Source: Lama glama (lineage: Eukaryota). Taken from it: 64,000 nucleotides of DNA. The notes under the pieces were generated by a model. It did not search any database. It was not told where the DNA came from and saw only the letters and a list, made by a program, of their open reading frames with translations. The stretch spans positions 44,332,001 to 44,396,000 of the forward strand of contig CM052818.1 of NCBI GenBank assembly GCA_028534125.1, in the 5' to 3' direction. Made by a program: the position numbers and the translations under genes. This document shows, one piece after another, positions 26,950-38,301 of the stretch. Each line of letters opens with the position of its first letter. Within the stretch, counting starts at the first letter, position 1.

Positions 26950-27095
26950 TTACTTTAAGGGCTCACATGAGGACATCGGGCCCACCATATAATACAGGAT
27001 AATCTCCCTTAATTCCAACTCTTAACACGGAATGTGACATATTCACAGGCATTGGGGTGTGGACATCTCTGGGGGACCATTTTTCTGCCTCCTAT
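26950..27095 (-). mobile_element. MLT1 LTR fragment
   Basis: GGGCCCACC..CAGGATAATCTCCC..ACATATTCACAGG..TGTGGACATCT..TTCTGCCT. Confidence 0.7.
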
Positions 27096-29289
27096 GAGAC
27101 CTGTGTGATCAAAGTTTGGGGAGAACGCGATGGCGGCAGGCAGCTACAAGCATCCTGGTCCTGCTACTTGACCAGTGCTTCTTATACTTGAGAACTAAGT
27201 GAAACCCACCTAGAGAAAAGGAACCCATTCAGAGCTCAAGGATATGTCCACTGACCGCCCCCCCCCCCAGAGAAAATGCATGGAAAGTTCACTCTCCATT
27301 TAATGATCACTGGCTCTAACGTGCTCAGTGACACACGTGCAAACCCAGACACCCAGATCCTGTGGGAGAACCATTTTAAGGCAACTTTTCAATCAATCCA
27401 GATTATATTTTATGTCAAGGTTTTAGATTGCCATCAAATGAAAGAGAAATGTGTTACATTCTCACAGAATTCACATCATCACAAGAATTGGGGGCCTTGG
27501 GTATCAGTAAATCCAGGGGGAGAAATATTTGGCCAGTGTTGGCCTGTTTTGTTCATTGCCATGCCCCAGGGCTGGTGCACAGAAGATGCTCAAGACATGT
27601 TGCTGAATAAATAAAAGGAGAAGAGGATGGGGAATTGGCAGGGCAGGTGTGCAGTGGGGGTTGGCAGAGGCCTGATACATCACAGATCAGCTTCCTTAGA
27701 CCATATACTGTATACTGTCCCCAAGAGCCACTTGAAGGTCCTGGCTGTCCATATACCTCACTTGGTGATCAGCACTTATGGTTTCATAGCAGTTTTCATC
27801 AACATTAACAAGGAAGAGAGAATGTGCCAAATCGCCATGAAGAACCGAGGGCAACGCCAGGAAAAGGTGTGTGGTTCAGAGGTGATGCCAGTGAGAACAC
27901 GGCCCCAGGGCCCCTGTGACTCCAGAATCACTGGTCCTTGCTCCTCCCCATCTTTTCTACCTCAGAAGGGGCTGGAAGGTGACACACATAAGATAGGAAA
28001 AAAAAAAAAGATATCCAGTGACTGAGATTTTAGAAACAAAATCAAATTCCCTATTAGGATTGAACACAGAGTAGGTAACAAAGCTCAGGACGTGTTTGGT
28101 TGTCATATCTCATTACTGAGGATAGGAGGGAGGATTTTGATAAGTCTGTTTATAAGGAGCACATCCCCCAGACCTGAAAGAGGAGTTACCTTGGGATGTT
28201 CCGACAGTGAAGGTCTTTCTGGAACTGATGAAGCAACAGGAGCCAGGTGGGAGTCCCAGACAGCATTCCTCAGATTCCTAAGGAGGAAAGACATTTCATC
28301 CTTGAAATGTATACAATCCTTTTTGTTTTATTCTTTTCAAATACAACTTGGTTCTGAAAGTTGATCTATTGAAAGGAAAGCTTGCCTTTGCCAAAATGTC
28401 AAAATCTTACAATGGAGAATGTGTTCACCAAGTAACTGTGATTTCCTATTTATATAAACTTTTCTTTTTCCAAGTTCCAAAAACTTTGAAACTCTTCCCG
28501 AATTAGGCTAGGTCAATCTATTTCAAAAGGGCTGTCAATAGGAATAGGATATGGTTATTCTCAAATGACACAATTTCATGAAATCCGTTTTTTAAAAAAC
28601 TTGTGTTAATACTCTCGTTCAAACGGAAAAATCTCAAGGAGAAATTCTTTGTAATTTGGTAGTTACAGAGAAGAATGGCGCTGTGCTTCCAAATACTAGA
28701 TGTTTAGAAAATTCCCACTGCACTTTAACTGGGAGTCATGAATTCTCTACCTTCGCCCAAGTTCTGCCACCCTGAGCTGGTCATGTCTTTTCTCTGGGCT
28801 GCAACTTCTCCAGCTGTTAACAGGAGGAAGGTGACAAGCAATTTCTTCCAACATGATTTGGTGAGTTCTCTGCAACAAGTCTACAGAATCCAAGTCTATT
28901 CCATAACTTTGGAGATGTATTTAATCTCAGAAATAAACAACATCCCTCCCCTTCCAAAACATACACTTTCTTTTGAAAAGTATCTGTCTCCTAAGAAAGT
29001 ATAGAAGACTTCTTCATAGACCCTTCTAAAGTTATGGCGCTAAGTATTTCCACCTGTACCCAGCATGAACTTGGCCACTTAATCAAGTTGTGATTATCCG
29101 GCTCAGAGTTGAGCCTGAGTGTACATTTTAAAGAAATGAAGAGCTGAGTCATGTGGTTAATGGCACAGAATTCCAGTCTCCAGAGAATCCTCAATCCCAA
29201 GACTACTGGGAGTGAATGTTCAGAAGGTCGTAAGTTTTCAAGGACAAATAAACCGGTGTCTGTAACAAGAAAGGATTGCCAACACACTC

Positions 29290-30080
29290 GGCCTTTCTCA
29301 GCAAGCCCTGTGGCTTCCATCTCCAAAATATCTCCGCAGTCTGTTGCCTGAGAATCTCTTGGTTACTTCCCTGGTTCAAACCCCCCTTTTTCTCTCTGTT
29401 TAAATCAATGTCCTTGCTTCCGGTTTCCCCCTTTGCAGATCATCCTCCATGAAGTCCGCATAATATCAGAAATCTGATGATATCATGTCTCAGTTTAAAA
29501 ACCTTCCAAGACCACCCACGAGACTGAAGCCAAAACTTTCAAGCATGACTTTCAAAGACCTACATATTAAAAAACCAATGGGTCAATGATGAAATCAAAG
29601 TCAAAGACCTACGTAATATGGTCTCATCTGCTTTGTCCTTTAGTCTAGGATCACCAGATTTAATAAGTAAAAATATATGATGATCAATTAAATTTGAACC
29701 TTGGAGAAGCAACAAATGATGTTTTCAGTATAAGCATGTCTCATTAAATATTTGGGACATGCTCATGCTAAAAATGTATTCATTGTCTATCTGAAATTCA
29801 CATCTAACTGGGTCCCCTAAGTTTGACCTGGTAACACAGTTCTAGCTACACTACTCTAATCATTATTTTCCAAACCATGAATTAGCTACCCTTGGGCAAC
29901 TATTCATGCCATTTTCACTACCGAAAATGCTACTTTCTTCTTCTCCTCAACTAGAAAACTCCTATTCATCCCTTAAAACCCAACACACCTTCTGTAAAGC
30001 TTCCCTGACTGCTAAGAGTACCTTTAATCACTTCTTCCTATGCCTTCTTTTATTTATTTCCCTTTCTATACTCACTACAG
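29290..30080 (+). mobile_element. L2 fragment hosting MER53 and a micro-insertion
   Basis: CTCCAAAATATCTC..AATCTGATGATATCA..TTAAAAACCTTCCAA..ACTCCTATTCATCCCTTAAAACCCAA..CTTCCCTGAC. Confidence 0.7.
29646..29838. mobile_element. MER53 palindromic hAT MITE
   Basis: CCAGATTT..AATTAAATTTGAA..AGTATAAGCATGTC..TTTGGGACATGCTCATGCTAAAAA..ATCTGAAATTCA..TAACTGGG..CTGGTAAC; near-palindromic and collinear with MER53. Confidence 0.88.
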
Positions 30081-31109
30081 TGTAGTGACATAGTTCCTGG
30101 ATGTAGGAATTTGAAATCTAAGATATTATTACATATTCAGCATCAAAGAAGAATTTAACTCACAGAAAACATCCAATTGGTGAAATAAAGGACATTTTTA
30201 AAAAGAAATAGCATCTTGACTGTTTCTGCATTTTATTGAAATAGAAGTATTATTTCTGAGTCTGAAATTTCAGACCCCATGCCACTTTCTCACCCTGACG
30301 AATGCCTCTGCGACCCCTTGCAGGTAAGCAAGAGGAAGCAGCAATGAAAGTCAGATCGTCTAATGAGGAGTAAGAAACACAGACAGAGAATCTGCAGTGC
30401 AGAAGCCTGCTCTACTCTGTTTACAAGGCTAGAAATTTTATCTATCCAAAATAAGTCAAAAGAAGTGATGACAAATCTTAGCACTGAGAACTTCGAGCAC
30501 TGAACTGGGAAATTCACATATAGGCTATAGCTCATTTCTTGATTAGAATGACTAAAGCAGCCAGGACCAGACTTTATTTGCTTTGTACATTTGTGTCATT
30601 AATTTTTCCAAGATTACTAAGCAAAGATATTGTTCCATATATAAAGAAGATAACTGCAAGATTTATCTCTGGTGACTTTCTGAAGCTAAGTGTGACTACG
30701 AGGACAATGGAAAGAACCTTGTGCTGCTCCACACCTTCTATGTAGCAAATACTGTCCCATCCCCTGGGCCATATTATTTCATTTAAATCTTAGACCTGCC
30801 CTAAAAAGTCATCATTAGTATCCTCTGTGTCCAGAGGAAACTGCAGTTCAGAGAATTTGTACCTTCCCTAAAACCCTGTAGCTAAGGTGTGTCTTAGTGT
30901 AATTGGAACCTGAATTGTCTCTCCAAAGACTCTGTCCTTCCCACTGCCCCAGAGCAGCTTGCATAGAACCCAAAGGATTCATCTCACAATGAATGAAAGT
31001 TATGATCAGTCATTCAATCAACAAACATTTTAGGAACACACAGCGAGCACATGATATGGGCTATATGCTGAGGGCCACCCAAGAAGGTGCAATGAGATCC
31101 TTAATGAGT

Positions 31110-31325
31110 ATTCTAGAACCCTGGGCTTCAGCACCAATCCTCCTCCAATAAGTCACGCAGCCTTGGCCACTCCGCTTCGCTGGCTGAGTCTCCCTTTCCT
31201 CATATGCATAACAGTGATGACAATAGCTCCCTGCAGTCTCAGAGCTGGTGTGAACACTGGATGAACCGATGTGTGAGAAAACGTTTTCGTCAGGTGACAA
31301 ATGCTGTAGAAATGTGAAGTACAAA
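31110..31325 (+). mobile_element. MIR SINE (GC-shifted)
   Basis: CCTGGGCTTC..CCTTGGCC..TTTCCTCATATGCATAA..AAATGCTGTAGAAATGT. Confidence 0.6.
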
Positions 31326-31802
31326 CTTGTGTTTTCAACAAGCCTTCCAGTAAACAGAGACTTGAATAGTTACTGGAGGTTTTTGAGAGCAGGAAGTAGA
31401 GCGGGAACTCGCAGGCGAAAGGAGCCCTGTGCTGTCAGGGGTCCTCCCTCTCCGCGGAGGCACACAAAGGAAGCTGAGTCACCCCGGCTCGGCAAGGCCC
31501 CTGCGGTCCCCAGGAGATCAATTGAGTCTTCCTGTGAGAAAGCGGAAACCCAAATCCTGCTGTCCCCACGGTCCCTCCTGAGAGCTGGCCCCTGTGGTTG
31601 GCCAAGGTTGGCCTCGGGGCCGTGTGGTTCCTTTCTGCGGCTTGGCTGACAAAAACAGCCCCGCGTGGTATATGCCCTCCCAGCCCCCACGCCGCGTAGC
31701 ATCTATGGGAGGGAGCCAGAGATACAGGAACCGGAGACGCCAAGGTGGCTCCTCTTCAGACCTTGTCCACTACTGAGTTCTCTCTGCAAAACACCTGTCT
31801 GT

Positions 31803-32070
31803 CCACAGAAAACAAACTTATGGTTACCAGGGGATAAAGGGAAGAGGGGGGGATAAACTGGGAGTTTGGGATTGGCTAATACAAACTACCATGTACAGAA
31901 CAGATAAACAACAAGTTCCTACTGTACAGCACAGGGAACTATATTCAATGGCTTGCAGTGATCTATAGAGAAAAAGAATGTGTATCTATGTATGTGTGTA
32001 TAACTGAATCACTATGCTGTACACCGGACTAACACAATATTGTAAATCAACTATACTTCAGATGTTAAAA
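31803..32070 (+). mobile_element. L1 3'UTR, cetartiodactyl type
   Basis: GAAAACAAACTTATGGTTACCAGGGG..CTACTGTACAGCACAGGGAACTATATTCAA..TTGTAAATCAACTATACTTCA; paralogous to 4898-5356. Confidence 0.9.
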
Positions 32071-32574
32071 ATCAATTATTTATTTATTTTTTAAAGAAAC
32101 ATGTGTCAAGCTCACTGCTCTGGTTTATCCTTAGTTGGACAACACTGGCAACCTTCAGAAGCCCATTTATGATGGGGATCTCACAGGAAGCAGGGGAGAG
32201 CTAACTTTATGGGGTTCTGGAAGGTCAACCTTCTGGTTACTTTGGTAAGTGATGAATCCCCCACAGCCTTGAAGCCTAGAGCATCTTCTGGAGGACAGGA
32301 GCACCCCAGCACCCCTACACTGGCTGCTGGCGGCTCACACCCAGAGAGCCATGCAGGGTCGAACAGAGGACCATGTGTTTCCATGACGGGGGCTGCTTTA
32401 GACTCACCCACCCTGATCCTCTGGTTCGAGGATCAAGAGGACAAAGATTCAAGTGAGGCAGGTGGTCATTTAAGAGGATGGCTTACTCAAACATTGCTAG
32501 GGATATGGGGTCGAAACCTCCCTAGAGCTACCCTCAAGCCCTCTGGCCGAGGGGGAGTAGGGTAGAAGAAACAC

Positions 32575-32770
32575 ACAGATGGCGGGGTCAGATGCAACAG
32601 GATTCAACCTCCGACTTCACCACTTACTAGCTGTGTGGCCGAGCGTGAGTCAGAAGAAACTCTTTGGGCTTCATTGCTTCTTCTATTTCAAGGAGATGCT
32701 CTCCACCCTACCCCAGTGCAGCCCCCACGGTGGGGCAGTCATGAGGACCAGAGATGAGGTCTCAATCGGA
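32575..32770 (+). mobile_element. MIR SINE
   Basis: GGATTCAACCTCCGACTTCACCACTTACTAGCTGTGTGGCC. Confidence 0.7.
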
Positions 32771-33220
32771 TTTTCAACCAAAGGAAGCCAGAACACTGTA
32801 CCTACCGCTATTAGGAGCCCACAGAGGCAAGATGAACTCAGACTTGATTTGAACAGATCCGGATCACTAAAGAGGCAGTCTAGCAGCACAGCCAGAAGTC
32901 CAAGAGTGTGCCTCAGGGTTTCAGGTGGAGGGTGGAGGCTGGGAGGCAGGAACAGACTCTAGCCCTCTGGGGAGATGATAGGGTCCTACTTAACAGGCTG
33001 GACTCAGAAATTGGGAAGCAATATTCCGGTAACTTTAGGCTGAGCGTGTGTAGCAGAGCCCCAGAAGGCAGGTATGACTCAGTGCTTAAAGACTGTCTTC
33101 CCATAGCCCTCCCTGCTTAGGCGAGGATCCCAAGAAGCCCCCAGACCCCTGCATATCCACTGCATTCCCTTGTCATGCTAATCTTGCTAACCCCATAAAG
33201 CCACCAGCTCCCTTGCCTCG

Positions 33221-33692
33221 CGTAGTGAGTTGAATTGTGTCCCCTTAAAATAAGATATGTTGAAGTCCCAATCCCCAGTACCTCAGAACGTAACCCTGGA
33301 AATAGAATCTCTGCAGATTTAATCAATTTAAGATGAGGTCCTCCAGGGTGGATCATAATCCAAAGGACCAGTGTCCACCCCATAAGAAGAAATTGGGACA
33401 TAGAGACAGACATGCACAGAGGGAAGATGGTGTGGAGACACAGGAAGAACACCCCATGAGGCACGGGGTTGTGGTGATGCACGGCTACAAGCCAAAGAAT
33501 GCCAAAGGTCACTGGCAAAGCATCAGAAGCTAGGAAGAGACAAGGAAGGGTTCTACCTGGAGGCTCAGATGGAGCACGGTCCTGCCAAAGCTTGGTTTTG
33601 AGCTTCTTGCCTTCAGAAAGACAATCAAATGATTTGTTCTAAGCCATCCAATTTATGGTACTTTACTAGACCAGCCCTAGGACATTAATACA
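33221..33692 (+). mobile_element. MaLR solo LTR, MLT1C-like
   Basis: GTTGAATTGTGTCCCC..CCCCAGTACCTCAGAA..CAAGCCAAAGAATGCC..CAGCCCTAGGACATTAATACA; 5-bp TSD CCTCG / CCTGG. Confidence 0.9.
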
Positions 33693-34438
33693 CCTGGGAA
33701 TTTGATTTATTTTGGGTCAACAAATATTCACTGAGCTCAGTATAGTGGGTAATAAAACAAATACACAATTACAACCCCTTCTGAGGAGTGTGATGATGGT
33801 GTGTTTTCAGAAGAGAAGACAACAAACTGCAGGCGGAAACGCTCCTGTCATTAGTTCCTTGCACGGAGTCAGAGCAGCTGCCACCATGGCTGAGGCTGGG
33901 CTGCACTGTCTGTATGTGAAGCTCCTGAGAAGAACGCTGGAAGCTGTATCTCACTCTGCACCGCGTTGTCCTTCGGAGCTCTGGGTAGGGAGCCAGACCG
34001 ACAGCCAGCTCGCCCTGCTGAGATTTGGGGAAGTTACTTCCTCTCCCTGAGCCGCATCAGCTTTCTCTGCAAAAGGAAAATAACCACCAACTAACAAGAG
34101 TTCCTGATGACTGAATGGGCTAGTGCATGAAAGCCCTGAGCTCAGAACCCGGTACACAGCACGAGTTCAATAAATCTTAGCTCCTACTAGTATCGTCAGA
34201 GCTGCACAACTACTTAGTGGCAGAGCTGGGACAGTGAGCAACGCTTCTTGACTCAACATTCTGAATCGTATCATTCTGCCCTCTGTGCAAAGCTTGTAAT
34301 AATGACAACAATTCCACTGTACTTTTGGGACGCAGTGCTCCTTGTCTAAATATTACATTCATTGTCCAAAAAAATTCCATAAAGGAGATACTACATTCCT
34401 TTTCAGATAAGAACACCAAGGCTCAGAAATGTAAACAG

Positions 34439-34580
34439 TAACCTATAATGAAAAAGAATATACGTATGTACATGTACGACGGACACGTCACGCTGTACAC
34501 CAGAAACTGACACGGCATTGGAAACTGACTGTATTTCAATAAAAAAAAAACAGAAAAGAAAAGAAAGAAAGAAGAGAAAG
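34439..34580 (+). mobile_element. 5'-truncated young L1 tail inserted into a minus-strand MIR
   Basis: TAACCTATAATGAAAAAGAATAT..GCTGTACACCAGAAA..TCAAT followed by an A/GAAA tail; 14-bp TSD AGAAATGTAAACAG (34425-34438) / AGAAACGTAAACAG (34581-34594). Confidence 0.92.
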
Positions 34581-35016
34581 AGAAACGTAAACAGCTGACT
34601 AAAGGCACAGGGCCAGTGACGGATGCAGCCTGACTCAGACCTGGGTCCTCCGTCTCCCAGTCTCCCTAGAAGACCCCTCTCTCCTCTCCAGGGCCTCATC
34701 CCACCCCATGCTGATGTGGGTGTACAGCCCCCGTCCCGCCTGTAGGGTCCGGACTTTTTCACGGTACCAAGCTGAAGTCCTAACTTGGCTCCAACAGAAG
34801 TGTTCTCTGCTTAGAGTTTCTTTCTGCAACGATTCTTTAAATCGATTCTCCCACTTCAAACGAACAGATGGAAATTTGAGATCAGTCACAGCTCCCGCAT
34901 TCACCATGATCGACCGCCACTTCATGAAGTTCTGGAGAGGTTCCTATGTCTTTACTAAAAATGACACGTGCATTTTTTCTGCCTGACAAATCAGCCTCAC
35001 ACCTTTTCTGGGCCGT

Positions 35017-35128
35017 CAGTAACTTGGATGGGCGTGTGGATCACCAGAGGACTTTGTTAAAATGCAGATTCTGACTCAGTAGGTCTGGGGTCAAGCGTAA
35101 GATTCTGGGACCACACTCTCAGTAGCTT
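35017..35128 (+). mobile_element. MER5A1-like hAT-Charlie MITE (internally deleted)
   Basis: TTGTTAAAATGCAGATTCTGACTCAGTAGGTCTGGGG..GGGACCACACT. Confidence 0.8.
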
Positions 35129-35554
35129 AGGCCATAGACTTCCAGGCCCTGAGTGCCTGACAGCCATCTCCTTCTCCCCTGGGGTCCACAGCCCTTGGGG
35201 CAGTGATGTTCTGGCCTGATCACCCCCGAGCTCAGCTACAGGCTCCCAAGGACGGCAGTCCAGCCTCATCTTCGCGGGCACATTTCCCCTCTAGGCTGCG
35301 GGCTCCGGCACCTGACTTGTCCCCGCCTGTGACCCGGCACCTGGGACAGCAGCCAGCACCTAGCAAGTGGTCCATTATTATTTGCTAAGTAACCGACAGA
35401 TGAATCCTGGCATCTCCCCATAGTGCCTGTGATATAGCAGACAACTTTCAAAAATGTGTTTGTTCAATAAAATTCCTTGTACCTAGGATATTGTTAAGAC
35501 CAGTGTCTATATTACAACTAATTGTTCTGACCTATTTATTCACTTATTCACCTG

Positions 35555-35720
35555 TTTTTATTTTTGTTTTTGGTGGGGAGGGTGGTTTGTGGGGGAGGTA
35601 ATTAGGTTATTTATTTGTTTATTTATTTATTTGTTTGTTTTTAATGGAGGCACTGGGGATTGAACTCAGGACCTCATGCATGCTAAGCACATGCTCTACC
35701 ACTGAGCTACACCCTCCCCC
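35555..35720 (-). mobile_element. Vic-1 camelid SINE
   Basis: Minus strand GGGGGAGGGTGTAGCTCAGTGGTAGAGCATGTGCTTAGCATGCATGAGGTCCTGAGTTCAATCCCCAGTGCCTCC plus tail. Confidence 0.93.
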
Positions 35721-35824
35721 GTATTCATCAATATGTAGTGAGTGACTACTCTGTATGAGACACTGGGGACAGTGTAATAAGTAAGTGACATAGTGCTTCT
35801 GTTTTCTTATTACTTATACATTAA

Positions 35825-36065
35825 TAATTATAGCCCTTCACTGAGCATTGAGTATGTGCCTGGTGTTTACTACGTGCTCTGCAGTATCAACAAATTCGAT
35901 CCTCCCAACAACTTTGGGAGCAGGAACTGTCATCATCCTCATGTTGCAGCACAGGAGACTCAGGCCCCGAGCAGTTAGACAAGCTGTCCACCGCCACACA
36001 GTTAATCAGCGATGGCGCCAGAACTGAATCCCAAGCCATCTGGATTCGGATCACTGCTTGACCAG
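35825..36065 (-). mobile_element. MIR SINE
   Basis: TATGTGCCTGG..ATCCTCCCAACAAC..CACACAGTTAAT..AGAACTGAATCCCAAGCCATCTGGATTC. Confidence 0.7.
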
Positions 36066-36379
36066 AAAGGACAAATGACAAATAAGCAAATAAACAGACA
36101 AGATAATCCAAGATGGAGCTAAGTAGGAAGCCAGAAGGTTGATGCAGTGAATCATAGGAGGAGGAGTGGAAACTCCTACAAGTGAGGCTGATCAAGGGGG
36201 AGAGTTAACAAGTGCCCCCGCCCCTGCACCCCTCCTGCTCTTCCACGAACACCATCCTCCTATTGGGTGGTTCACAGCAGTAACATGCATAGGAAAGAAA
36301 TAAAAGAATTCTGGGGCAAAAAAAAAAAAAAGATGGCTTGAATATCTTCCTAGCCAAAGGAAGATAATAAAGTCTATCG

Positions 36380-36620
36380 TTACTCATTCTACAAGTATTT
36401 ATGGCATATCTGCTCTGTGCAGGTGCCAGGTGCACTGTGGATATGGGAGTGGGGAACACAGTCAGAAGTCACTGCCGCAGAGAGCTTATGATCTAGCAAG
36501 GGGAGAGAGATGTTCAACTAACAGAATAATCAGACAAATAAACAAACGCATAGAGACGTGAACAAATAAACAGATGTAAAGTGCTGAACAAAAAAATAGT
36601 AAGGCACTGAAAGGAACAGG
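36380..36620 (-). mobile_element. L2 3' end
   Basis: ACTCATTCTACAAGTATTTAT..GTGCCAGGTGCACTGTG..GAGCTTATGATCTAG. Confidence 0.7.
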
Positions 36621-37759
36621 GAACTTCAGAGTTTGGGAAAAGAACCTAACCAGGGCTCACACTGGCTTCCTTCGACTCTCAATATTTTTCTCTATTGTGA
36701 CATAATTTCCCAACCACTCTACCATTTACTTTTATCAGCCACATTCAACATATATTTATTTAGACCTACTGTGTGTCGGACATTACCCCCTTCTCTTGAT
36801 TATGTCCTTCCAGTGAGAGTTGCTTCTGCCCTCCTCCCAAGTGTATTATCAAACTGTGACCTTTCTTCCCAGGCTGATAAAAGACAAAGGGGAAGACATT
36901 TTATTTCCACTGAGCATGGATTCAGGAAATATTTAATGAGCCCCTAATAACTCTACATAGTGTGTGTACTGCATTTATTGTTTATCAAATACTCCCACAG
37001 TCATGCTCTGCCCCAGCTGGCCAACAGTCCCCTGATGAAGGTAGAGTAGGAACAATTCCATTCATTTTATTTATATTGCATCCCTTCTGAATAGGATTTG
37101 AGGACATTATTTAAAAAACAATGGCCAGTAGGATTATTATAACCATTTCATAAATGAAGAAACACAGTCTAGGAAAGTCTATGGGGCTTACTGACAACAC
37201 ACAATAAACAGTAAAGCTGGAATCAAAACCCAGGCCTTCTATCCCCAAACCCACATGACTCACCATACACGGTCCCTTGCCAGGCCCCTGAGGTGCCCAA
37301 TAGACAATGAAATGGAAGTGCCTCTGCTCTTACTACACTTAAGGCTTCAATCAAGACTATAAGCCAAGACTTCAACAGCTATATAAGGAAACAAGGACAG
37401 ATGCGAAGTTTTGAGAAAGATGGATGGAAACTCAGCAGAACACGGGCTCATCTGCAACTTTGGCTGAGAAAATTCTACAAGAAAGGTCTGATGGAAGACA
37501 TGGACTACTAAATGGGACAGGCTAGAAAAAGCATTCCGGGTTAAAGGAATGTTCATCGGCCCAAGTTTCAGAAAACACTGGCCATATGCCAAAAATATCA
37601 TCACGGCATCCCCTCCTCTCTCCCTTAGTCCCATAAATTAGTTAGTGTCCCCAAACCACTGTAAACCAGAAGTATCTTGGGAATGCCCTTCTGCTTCTCT
37701 TTCACACTGGAGTCAGATCAGGCTTCTAGCTAGAGAAAGAGGAATGGTGAGAAATGACC

Positions 37760-37980
37760 TTTCCTAGGGCACCTACCATGTACCAGAAACTTTTGGGTAC
37801 TCTATAAATGTTGTGTCATTCAATCCTCACAATAGCCCTACCAGGTAAATATTATTCCCCATCTTATAGATGACGAAGTTGAAACTCAGAGACTAGTTGA
37901 CCTGCTCGAAGTTAAATAACTAACAGGCAGGGAAGCTGTGACTTGAACCCAGGACGATCAGAAGCCAAAGCCAGGTCTCT
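37760..37980 (-). mobile_element. MIR SINE
   Basis: AATCCTCACAATAGCCCTA..ATTATTCCCCATCTTATAGATGA..ACTTGAACCCAGG. Confidence 0.85.
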
Positions 37981-38125
37981 GTAGGAGACTGCACACTTGA
38001 ACCAGCCAGACATCAAGGAGGATCTGTTCTGTGAATGATTATGAGCTTGTGAGCTAATAATTTAGCACCTGGTGGATAATTAGCAAGTCAAGAAGATCCA
38101 AAGTAGATTTAAGCACCTAAATCAC

Positions 38126-38301
38126 TGAAAGGTGAAAATGGGGAGTTTCTGTTCAGTAAGTATAAATTTGCAGACGAGTTAAGTTCTAGAGATGTGCTGT
38201 AAAACAGTGCGCCTATACTCAACCATATGGTAATGTACAGTTAGAAATTTGTTAAGAGGATAGATCTCATGTTGTATTCTTACCACAATAAATCAAACAA
38301 A
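38126..38301 (+). mobile_element. L1 3' tail (L1MA/MB-like)
   Basis: AAGTTCTAGAGAT..TTTGTTAAGAGGATAGATCTCATGTT..TCTTACCACAATAAA; flanking CTAAATCAC repeat at 38117-38125 / 38302-38310. Confidence 0.85.
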
